From Acaryochloris thomasi RCC1774 (GTDB lineage Bacteria > Cyanobacteriota > Cyanobacteriia > Thermosynechococcales > Thermosynechococcaceae), in NCBI RefSeq assembly GCF_003231495.1, contig NZ_PQWO01000037.1, positions 1 to 29,021 of the forward strand: a DNA stretch of 29,021 nucleotides, given 5' to 3'. Shown here piece after piece: positions 9,272 through 17,238 of the stretch (within the stretch, counting starts at the first letter, position 1; every line of letters begins with the position of its first letter). The notes under the pieces are model-generated. The model had not been told where the DNA came from. It worked only from the letters and a program-made list of their open reading frames with translations, and did not search any database. The position numbers were made by a program, and so were the translations under genes.

Positions 9272-11116
9272 GCTCTGCCAAATGTAATAGAACACTAGAT
9301 GCCGCCCTCTGCTTCGCCAACTTTTTCTTCTGCGCGATCGCATCCCCCACAACCCCAGCACAAGCGCACCGGCAGTAGAACCCCTCCGATCGCTCCTCGT
9401 ATACAAAGACTGGAGACTCCCAATCCATCAACTGACAGATTTCAATTAAAGTCCCCACATGGTTCTGTCCATCCACCAAAGGCTTCTCTAGAATTGCCTT
9501 CAGCTTCAGTTCACGCGGTTCCACCACCGGCTCTACTGCACTCTCAACCACCGGCTGCTCCGGCACTACCCGCGCATCGACTCCCGCCAGCTCCCCGCGA
9601 ACAAAGCTACAGAGCCACAGCCAACAAGCCCGATGCTTCGCCGCCAGCTTCCGCCGATCGCAACCCGGCCCCACCGTCGTCCGCACATCGCCATCGATGT
9701 ATACTTCAGCCCAGGCCAAGAAAGAACCCTCCTGCGATAACTCTGTATATTCCAGTTTCTCCCACTCTTGCTCTTGAGAAACGGCCATAGACAAGACGCT
9801 TGCTGCATCCTGAGTTTTACTCTCAAGGTGCGAGAGAACCCGCTCCTGCAGCTCCCGGTCCCTTCCTTGTATAAGCAATAAATAGTAGTCGAGCACCACC
9901 AGCCTCCCCTGAGACAAGCGCGATCGCACCTCCTCTGCCAGAGCAGGCGGCAGCTCACCCTCAGCATGTTTGATCAACCGCGAGAATTCCTTCTCGGGCA
10001 GCTCATCAAAACTCTCATCAGACTCCAGCTTTTCCTGTAGCTCCTGCTTCGCCTTGTCCTTGAAGTAGGTGCTGGTGCGTTGTTCTTCTTCGAGCACAGT
10101 CCCATTGATATGCCGACCTAAATTCTCTAGATCCTCCTTTGAATAGGGGGACGCCTCCCCGCGTAGCAGAGCCTTTATGATCCGATGGTTGATCAAGTCG
10201 GCAACTCGACGAATAGGCGAAGTGAAGTGCCCGTATGCCGGAAGATTGAGCGCAAAGTGTCCAATCAGCGCCGGTCCATATTCAGCCTTATTGAGCCAGC
10301 TCATCAACCGCCGTCGTATCTCCTGAGCAGACCCCGCCACCAGCAATGCCTGCAGCATGTCGTCCTGGCCGGGTGCGATCGCTTTTGCCGTGTGGTTGCG
10401 GTAGAGCGCTGGTTGATCGCGGTCGGCTAGCCATTGGGCGGCGGCAGTGTTGGCCGCAATCATCATTTCCTCAATGATGCGATGGCTGTGGAATCTGGCA
10501 TTTGGATTGTTGGTAATTCGCCCTTCTTCGTCGAGGTAGACCTTGCTGCCGAAGACGGACATGGCCCCGAGTGCCCCTGTTGCCTTCCGCTGCGCGTTCA
10601 GCTTTGCGGTCCACTCCTGCATCAGCTTCAGCGTGCTGTGCCATCGGAGTTTTGGGTGGCTGATCGCATAGTCGGCCTGGGAGTAGCTGAACCGCTTTGC
10701 ACTCTGGAGCTGAGACTCGAAGATTCTGCAGCCAGTGACTTTGCCTGTTGGGTCTAGCTCTAGCTCGAACGTCAATGTGGCTCGGGGTTGGCCTTCCTGT
10801 AGGCTCAGGGCATCCTCGCTGAGGACTCGCGGCAACATTGGATCGTTGCCCTGCTTGTAGTATCGCTTCGGGTGGTTGCGATCGCACTTTCATCTAGGGG
10901 AGTGCCTGGGGGGATATGTTCTGATACATCGCTGATATGGACTTGGAGAGTTGCGCCAGTCTCTGTTTCCTCTAGCCAGATCGCATCGTCGAGGTCGAGA
11001 GATGTGGGGCCGTCGATGGTGAACCCCTGGACCTGGGGGCGATCGTAGTGATGGGGGTGGGTTGCGATCGTTTTGGCTTGGGTGAGGACAGGGGCGCTGA
11101 AAAGAAGCTGGGGCAT
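9240..11116 (-). pseudogene. RNB-domain exoribonuclease with two C-terminal dsRBD-like modules, paralog B; reading frame broken by a 1-nt deletion
   Basis: Two ORF-track pieces in different frames. 10805..11116 carries IDGPTSLDLDDAIW and HISDVS. 9240..10838 carries PMLPRVLSEDALSLQ and YGHFTSPIRRVADLINHR. Aligned with paralog A, copy B has 20 nt (accacccgaagcgatactac) where copy A has 21 nt (accacccaaacccgatatcac), placing the shift near 10857-10876. Confidence 0.8.
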
Positions 11117-11211
11117 GGTGAAAGGCTGAACGGGCTGTGTTCGTTTCTATTATGTCCGTGTTCAAAGATGCGATCTCATTTTCTGCGGGTCCGGTCTGAT
11201 AAAATCACTCT

Positions 11212-12043
11212 ATGTATGACAGCACCTGTAAGTTCCTCGCAGAGTCATTTTCGAGCGATTTCGCTTCGTGGCTGCTGGGTAGACCCATCGCTTTTACGAA
11301 GCTGAGTCCTTCTGAATTATCACTGGAGCCGATTCGCGCAGATGCATTGATTCTATTGGAGTCTGAAGAGTTTGTACTCCATCTGGAATTCCAAACTGAG
11401 CCAGATAAAATAATGGCCTTCAGGATGATTGATTATAGGCTGCGGGTCTTTCGCCGTTTTCCTAATAAACAGATGAAGCAGGTGGTGATCTATCTGACTC
11501 CGACAAGTTCTGAGTTGGTTTATCAGACGGTCTTTGAGATTCAGGGAACCCGGCATGAATATGAGGTTGTGCGGCTTTGGGAGCAGCCGACAGAAGCTTT
11601 TCTCAACTCACCAGGGTTGTTGCCCTTTGCTGTATTGACGCAAACATCAGACAAAGCAAGAACCTTGCAGCAAGTGGCTGCTCGGTCTGATGTAATGGAG
11701 GGTATGTGAGAGCAAAGTAACGTGGTGGCCGCTGCTGCAATTCTGGCCGGGTTATCATTGGAAAGGAGCTTTATCAATCGAGTTCTTCGCAAGGAAATTA
11801 TGCAACAGTCAGTCATCTATCAAGACATTAAAGATGAAGGCCGTGTAGAAGGGCGCGAGGAAGGGCGTCTCGAAGAAAGCCAGTCCCTCGTTCTCCGCCA
11901 GCTCAACCGCCGCATTGGGGAGATTCCGGCTGAGGCGATCGCAGATTCAATCGCTGTCTCTAGAGCAGACTGAGGCGCTGGGAGAGGCGTTGTTGGATTT
12001 TACGGAAAGGGATGATCTGGTGGGGTGGCTGGAGAGGATCTAA
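11212..12043 (+). pseudogene. Rpn-family PD-(D/E)XK nuclease/DUF4351, decayed copy (in-frame TGA plus 2-nt deletion)
   Basis: 11212..11709 and 11722..11973 lie in the same frame, separated by TGA at 11707-11709 where the intact copy has CGG (Arg). A further 2-nt deletion sits at about 11934/11935 (gctgag--gcgatcgc versus gctgagttgcgatcgc). It pushes the conserved tail QIQSLSLEQTEALGEALLDFTERDDLVGWLERI (stop at 12041-12043) out of frame. Confidence 0.8.
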
Positions 12044-12047
12044 TAGC

Positions 12048-13157
12048 TTAGATTTCACTCAATGCAGCAACCGCTTCTTGATATCCTTCAGCATCGTTTT
12101 GCTGCTGTAGTAACTCAATGGCCTTTCGTAAGTCTATCTTTGCCTCCTTTATCTTTCCCCTCTTTCCTTGGACAATGCCACGGTTCATGAATGCTCTTCC
12201 ATTATTGGGTTCGAGAGATACTACTTCAGTGAAATCGGTGAATGCTTGCTCGAATTGTTGGGTGATTTGGTAAGAGCGTCCACGACTGTAAAATGCGTTA
12301 GCGTTACCGGGGTCAACTGAAAGTGCTTTCGTAAGATCAGAGATACCTTCTGAATGTTTGCCTTGCTTGATGTGGGCAGCACCTCGATTGATATAGCCTT
12401 CAGGATTTTCTGGCTGGAAGGTAATCATCTGAGAAAAGTCTGATGCTGCTTGATTGAATTCGCCAGTCGCCATGTAGACGCTGCCGCGTAGACTGTAAAA
12501 GGAAGCTCTCTCAGGAGTAAGTTTGATTGCAAGATCTACGTTTTTTTTCGCATCATTGTAGTTGCCTGATGCGAAGTAGACAATTCCAAGATCGTAGTAA
12601 GTTTTAGCATCCTTCGCATCGAACGTCAGCGCTTGATAAAAGTCTGAGAGTGCTTCAGTGTATTTCTGCTGAATCATGTAAGCCTCCCCTCTGCTTCTCA
12701 GAGCCAGGGCAAGTTCAGGATTGATGCTAATAGCCTTTGTGTAATCTGCAATTCCTCTGTCAATTTCTTTCATGACGACAAACAGGAAGCCTCTGGAGCT
12801 ATAAGCTTCGGCATTGTCAGGATCAAGTGCTATCGCCTTGGTATATAGTTCAAGTGCTCCCTTTAAATCTCCTCGCTGAAATTTTCTTTCCGCTTCAGCC
12901 AGCAAATTCTCAGTTGTTTCGGAGTCTTCTAGAGCGCGGCCAAGCTTGATTTCAGGAATTGCTGGAAACTTAAGCTCTTCTCCATCAAAACTCCTGTCTC
13001 TTATCAAAAAAACAGCGTTCCGATTTCCCACCGCTCTCTGGACTTCCCCTAGCTCTGCCTGCGTCGGCTGTCGTATCTGCTGTGCGATCGCTGTAGCGAT
13101 GAATCCTTGGCTCACGAGAAGGGATGTTGCGAGTGATGCAAGCTGCTGGTTTCTCAT
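12048..13157 (-). CDS. secreted TPR repeat protein
   Basis: 369 aa. Signal-peptide-like N-terminus (MRNQQLASLATSLLVSQGFIATAIAQ) followed by about 8 TPR units (ALELYTKAIALDPDNAEAYSSRG and similar). Confidence 0.85.
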   Translation of the reverse strand: MRNQQLASLATSLLVSQGFIATAIAQQIRQPTQAELGEVQRAVGNRNAVFLIRDRSFDGEELKFPAIPEIKLGRALEDSETTENLLAEAERKFQRGDLKGALELYTKAIALDPDNAEAYSSRGFLFVVMKEIDRGIADYTKAISINPELALALRSRGEAYMIQQKYTEALSDFYQALTFDAKDAKTYYDLGIVYFASGNYNDAKKNVDLAIKLTPERASFYSLRGSVYMATGEFNQAASDFSQMITFQPENPEGYINRGAAHIKQGKHSEGISDLTKALSVDPGNANAFYSRGRSYQITQQFEQAFTDFTEVVSLEPNNGRAFMNRGIVQGKRGKIKEAKIDLRKAIELLQQQNDAEGYQEAVAALSEI

Positions 13158-13294
13158 GGGTATTTGTGTGGACGATTCTATCGTTAGGCTACCGCTCTTT
13201 TTCTTTCCCTACAACCTTCGTCAGAAGCCCCCCAAAACCCTCCGTGCTTTACATAACTCAAGGTGATGTTTACATATCGTTACTAAAAAGCTGG

Positions 13295-13323
13295 ATTTTG
13301 GCCCAAATTTTGGATGATTTTGG
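13295..13323. repeat. three phased ATTTTGG direct repeats
   Basis: ATTTTGG occurs at 13295-13301, 13307-13313 and 13317-13323, giving 12- and 10-bp phasing, roughly one helical turn. They lie in the 570-bp intergenic region between the TPR gene and the putative rep gene. Confidence 0.5.
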
Positions 13324-13474
13324 GGGTCTCCCTATACTTCAATGGAGGTGTGTCTACTTATAGATCCTGTGATCTTTTGTTTTAAACCCTTTGTCGATAG
13401 GGGCGTGAGGCGTACACTTGATCGGTAATTGAACAGAACGCGCAAGGAGGAATCTAAAACGGTCTTTAAAACCT

Positions 13475-13500
13475 AAAAAACCCGAGACTGGCATCTCAGG
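13475..13500 (-). terminator. intrinsic terminator on the minus strand
   Basis: The minus strand reads CCUGAGA-ugccag-UCUCGGG followed by UUUUUU. This is a 7-bp stem including one G-U pair. The same position would be a C-A mismatch on the plus strand, so the hairpin is strand-specific. Confidence 0.5.
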
Positions 13501-13578
13501 TCTTTAGGCAATTATTTCGCGAAGTCGCGGGAATTAACTGAAAGCTTAGCAGGCTAGATGTTAAAACCTTTAGGTCGT
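13475..13578 (-). ncRNA. candidate ~100-nt small RNA bounded by a promoter and the intrinsic terminator
   Basis: Minus-strand TTGCAC (13614-13609), an 18-nt spacer, TAAAAT (13590-13585), and a purine about 7 nt downstream (~13578). The terminator lies at 13500-13475. There is no plausible ORF inside. No expression data. Confidence 0.3.
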
Positions 13579-13766
13579 TCGCCTATTTTAAGCTGGAAAC
13601 ATGCAGAAGTGCAACCAGCGATAAATATCTCTTAACGGACGACCTCGACCTCGCTCCATCACTACGATAGGAGCCTCGACGTGTTCAACAGTGTTCGACG
13701 GCCAACGCCATTATTGGCGGTGGATTCGTGCGTCCAAAATTCAGCTCACTCTTATGGAGTCACCCC

Positions 13767-15815
13767 ATGAGAGCAGGCGCATACCCTCAGCCCTCCGACG
13801 AGCGCCGTCGCTCTCGAAGGCATCAGAAGACCTCTCGCCGCACTCAAGATCCCCTCCCCAAGAGTGCAACTGGCCGAAAGCTAGCTGAACTGTTCCCTAA
13901 CGGTTGGGATTGGATCTATGCCAGTGCTCCCCACCCCGACGAATCGCCCCAGTGGGAGACGATTGGTCAGTTTCCCTTAACGCCCATCGAGCTAGAGCAG
14001 CTTCATCAAGATCCCGAAAGCCTAGTCGGTATCCGCCCCAATGCCCAGTCGCGGTGGCTCGTGATCGACATCGACCACCACTCCCTCTACCATCCCAGCC
14101 ATAACCCCCAGTGGCTCCCCAGGATTCAGGAGATGCTGGAAGACATTGGTATCTGTAGAACTCTTCTGTGCCAGAGCAGCTTTAGTGGTGGTCTGCACCT
14201 CTACCTTCCGCTTCCCCAACCCGTCTCAAGCTACTGGTTAAGTATTTGCATCAAACTGAATCTAGAAGCCATCGGTATCAAATTAATAGGTGGTGACTGC
14301 GAGATCTATCCCAACCCCAAACGCTATGTTCCCAAAGGGCAAGGCTACAGTAAATACGCCGCCATTCGCCTACCTATGCAGCCCGAGAGTGGATTTTACC
14401 CGCTCGATGCAGACTTGAACCCCCTCCCTTGGACCCTAGATCAATGGCTAGCCGCCTTTGAGCAAGCCGCAAGCCATCAAGATATAGAAACCTTTACCCG
14501 CGCCCTCACAGATAGCCAAGAGACCTACAAACTCCGCCGTCATCATCACCCCAAAACCTTAAATAGCTGGCAGCAGCGGAATGACCAAGAGAAAGCCCAG
14601 GGCTGGACCGGCGCTGGGCAAACCAACGCCAAGCTCAAAGTTTTTGCCTGTGAAGCCCGAGTGTTCATGGGTATGGACTCCGTTGAACAAATCGCAAACT
14701 ATGTCGAAGAAACCGCCCGCAACAGCCCCGGCTTCTATCAACACAGTCGTCATGTTCATGAACTTCCCCGCAGGTGTAAAGACATCGCATATTGGGCCAT
14801 GCGCTACTACTGGCCCAACGGAACCACCCCCCTAAGAGAAACCAAATATCACAGCAGAGAGACAGCCCCCGCCGACTTCAACTATCACCAAGCCAAACGC
14901 AATGCCGCCAGCCATCGCATCAAAGAAGCCGTTACCCAGCTAGTCGAAGAGGAACGACTGCCCAAGAAGGTATGCGATCGCGCCAAGGCTATCATCGAAC
15001 TCTCTCATGTCTCTCAGCAGACCCTGTACAAGGCCCACAACAAGTCATTGTGGCACCCGAAGGAATACCAAGCTCCACCCACTTCAAAACAGTCTCAAAC
15101 CCAATCAGAGCGAGACATTACACAACAACCATCAAAAAATAGAAAAGGAGGCGTTAGCCAACCACTCAAACTCCTACTACATATAGTTATTTCACAACTC
15201 CTAATACAAGTAGGGTTTGTGTACGCACTCCTCAAAATATCAGCCGCGACTGCCCTGGCCCTCAAAGGCCAAAGGGCAGGTCAAGCGGCGCTGGGATTGC
15301 AAAATCTTGAAGAAGGGGGGGAGTCTGAGGGGGGCAGCATTGCTCATCAGAGGGCTGAGGTTGCCCACATAGAGAACTGGCAGCAGCTCCAGTTGTCGCT
15401 TCCTGAGAGGTTTCGGCGCAAGATTGAACAAGTCAAGAGTAACTTGCGATCGCCTAAGGTTGTTCAGCTGCCACTACCGCAGCAGCTAGAGACAGATCCT
15501 ACTGCTGATAACGAAGGCAGTAGGATTGGTGAAGGTTGTGATCGTCGGATCAAACCCTTGCTAATGCAACCTGAGATGCCGGTCGTTTTAACTGAGGCTG
15601 ATGTTGGGCCGTTGCGATCTCCGTCTGAAAAAGAAGAGCGTGAGTTTAGTGTTTGGTTTGATTTGGCGGTGCAGGTGGGGATAGTCTTCGATTCAGAATG
15701 GCAGGAGGGTGAGTATTGGGTCGAGGCTTTTGACGGCTGGCATCCCTTTGCAGAGATAGTGGCTACTTTTTCAGTCTCAGCTCTCAATCGAATACTAGAA
15801 AATAAACTTATATGA
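13767..15815 (+). CDS. putative replication initiator with archaeo-eukaryotic primase (prim-pol)-like motifs
   Basis: The ORF track starts at GTG 13728. I prefer the ATG at 13767, with GGAG 6 nt upstream. The motifs RWLVIDIDHH (DxD), SFSGGLHLYLPL (sGxGxH) and AAIRLPMQPESG resemble AEP motifs I-III as found in plasmid Rep/prim-pol proteins. The C-terminal half is unrecognised. The family call is from memory of the motifs only. Confidence 0.55.
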   Translation: MRAGAYPQPSDERRRSRRHQKTSRRTQDPLPKSATGRKLAELFPNGWDWIYASAPHPDESPQWETIGQFPLTPIELEQLHQDPESLVGIRPNAQSRWLVIDIDHHSLYHPSHNPQWLPRIQEMLEDIGICRTLLCQSSFSGGLHLYLPLPQPVSSYWLSICIKLNLEAIGIKLIGGDCEIYPNPKRYVPKGQGYSKYAAIRLPMQPESGFYPLDADLNPLPWTLDQWLAAFEQAASHQDIETFTRALTDSQETYKLRRHHHPKTLNSWQQRNDQEKAQGWTGAGQTNAKLKVFACEARVFMGMDSVEQIANYVEETARNSPGFYQHSRHVHELPRRCKDIAYWAMRYYWPNGTTPLRETKYHSRETAPADFNYHQAKRNAASHRIKEAVTQLVEEERLPKKVCDRAKAIIELSHVSQQTLYKAHNKSLWHPKEYQAPPTSKQSQTQSERDITQQPSKNRKGGVSQPLKLLLHIVISQLLIQVGFVYALLKISAATALALKGQRAGQAALGLQNLEEGGESEGGSIAHQRAEVAHIENWQQLQLSLPERFRRKIEQVKSNLRSPKVVQLPLPQQLETDPTADNEGSRIGEGCDRRIKPLLMQPEMPVVLTEADVGPLRSPSEKEEREFSVWFDLAVQVGIVFDSEWQEGEYWVEAFDGWHPFAEIVATFSVSALNRILENKLI

Positions 15816-15997
15816 AATGTCTGCTTGTACTAATCTTGAAGAAGGCGACTGGCAACCCTGGGCTGAGCTGTCGTTTGCTTTTACCATTAGGTGTCTAAAG
15901 AGGTTGGGAGCGAAGGATATACCTTAATGATTTTGGTTGTTTTGAACAAGTATCTATTGCAGAATATCGTTTGATGCCAGCGGCCATATGATTGCTG

Positions 15998-17155
15998 CTA
16001 TCCAGCGCTAAGCGTATCTGTGTCGAGTGTGATCCATCTATTCCGCCATAGAACTCGTTTTGAAAATATACTTTGAATAAATATAGGAAATACCCAGATT
16101 TCTGAGAGGGCTGCAACCCAGAGAAAAGGCCACAATTGTTTGTCTCGAACAATAAATATATTTATAGCTGCTGCAGAAGTTATGTCGGTTACCAATGTAC
16201 AAATGACAAGAAATATTCCCAAAATTTGAAAGTTGCCACTTAATATAGTAGTTATTAAGAAAGCTAGAGACCACCAGAAAGGAATGCCTAAGAATATAGT
16301 GATTGGAGTTAAGGACGGAAAATAATATCGAATAGTCACTAGCCATCGATGAACTTGCCACCAAAGTCTTCTTAATGTATCTGTATGGTGATAAATTCTT
16401 GCAGGCTCTCTCAGTAGCTTTAATCTATAGCCCGCTTTCGTAACGGCTTGACTGAATGATATATCAAGTCCAACCTTGTTCTTCGCAATACATTCCAACC
16501 CACCAATTCTTTCAACAACTTCTCTGCGTGTCACCATGCACGAACCAACTGCTGCTGAAATTTTTTCTTGTTGAGCTGATACTCCAGAATTAATGATAGA
16601 TGCACAGACCGAGATGTTATGTAAAGCAGCAATCCAATTTTTGCTTCCGACTGCTGCAGGTACAGCAAAAGCGATACCAATTTCATCATTTGTGACGATA
16701 CTGGATGCATGTCGTGAAAGAAAGTCTGGGCTAAGTCTGACATCAGAGTCTACAAGCACAAAGACATCATTATTGCTTTTCTGAATACCTGCAATTTGAT
16801 TCTTTAGTTTTCCAGAGCCTAAACAATTATGGCTGTATACAATATGTACGGGACAGCTATTAAGACTTTCCTTTTGTATCTTCTTTAGTAGTAATGTTGC
16901 TGGATCATCACTATCTTCTAATGCAAATATAATATCGTATGTACCAGAATATTTCTGAGATAAATAGCTTTTATAGTTTTCCTCTGCACCTTGATCTAGT
17001 CCTCGAACTGGTACAATTATTGAAATGCTAGGTTTCTCATCACTCTTATTGAATGATTCTTGCTTAAAATATTTGATTGCAAGGATAAGGCCCACGAGTT
17101 TTGCTGTGATAGAAAACACTATTGGAATTACTAAGAGTAAGTTGATTCTATTCAT
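15998..17155 (-). CDS. membrane glycosyltransferase, GT2 family (ceramide-glucosyltransferase-like)
   Basis: 385 aa. N-terminal TM helix, SIIVPVRGLD, VLVDSDV (DxD) and QVHRW (the Q/RxxRW motif), plus C-terminal TM helices. AT-rich. Confidence 0.85.
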   Translation of the reverse strand: MNRINLLLVIPIVFSITAKLVGLILAIKYFKQESFNKSDEKPSISIIVPVRGLDQGAEENYKSYLSQKYSGTYDIIFALEDSDDPATLLLKKIQKESLNSCPVHIVYSHNCLGSGKLKNQIAGIQKSNNDVFVLVDSDVRLSPDFLSRHASSIVTNDEIGIAFAVPAAVGSKNWIAALHNISVCASIINSGVSAQQEKISAAVGSCMVTRREVVERIGGLECIAKNKVGLDISFSQAVTKAGYRLKLLREPARIYHHTDTLRRLWWQVHRWLVTIRYYFPSLTPITIFLGIPFWWSLAFLITTILSGNFQILGIFLVICTLVTDITSAAAINIFIVRDKQLWPFLWVAALSEIWVFPIFIQSIFSKRVLWRNRWITLDTDTLSAG

Positions 17156-17238
17156 AAATACTGAAGTATATATTTAGACTTTTTGACACTTAGTCAGATT
17201 GTCAGGATGTTGTCTATCTTTCTTCGTTCTGAAAGTTC

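Noticed and set aside
9299-10893. ORFs 9299..9790 (+, Pro-rich), 9566..9967 (-), 10185..10430 (+), 10434..10757 (+), 10471..10893 (-) and 10890..11165 (-)
   Set aside because: All overlap the RNB paralog B frames. They have low-complexity Pro/Arg/Ser-rich translations and no recognisable motifs. They are alternative-frame artefacts of GC-rich coding DNA.
13124-13888. ORFs 13124..13363 (+) and 13691..13888 (+)
   Set aside because: The first spans intergenic repeat DNA and overlaps the TPR gene start. The second is an alternative frame of the putative rep 5' end. Neither has motifs or a ribosome-binding site.
15895-16364. Minus-strand ORFs 15895..16152 and 16038..16364
   Set aside because: They overlap the GT2 glycosyltransferase frame, or extend past its stop, in AT-rich DNA. 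No motifs.
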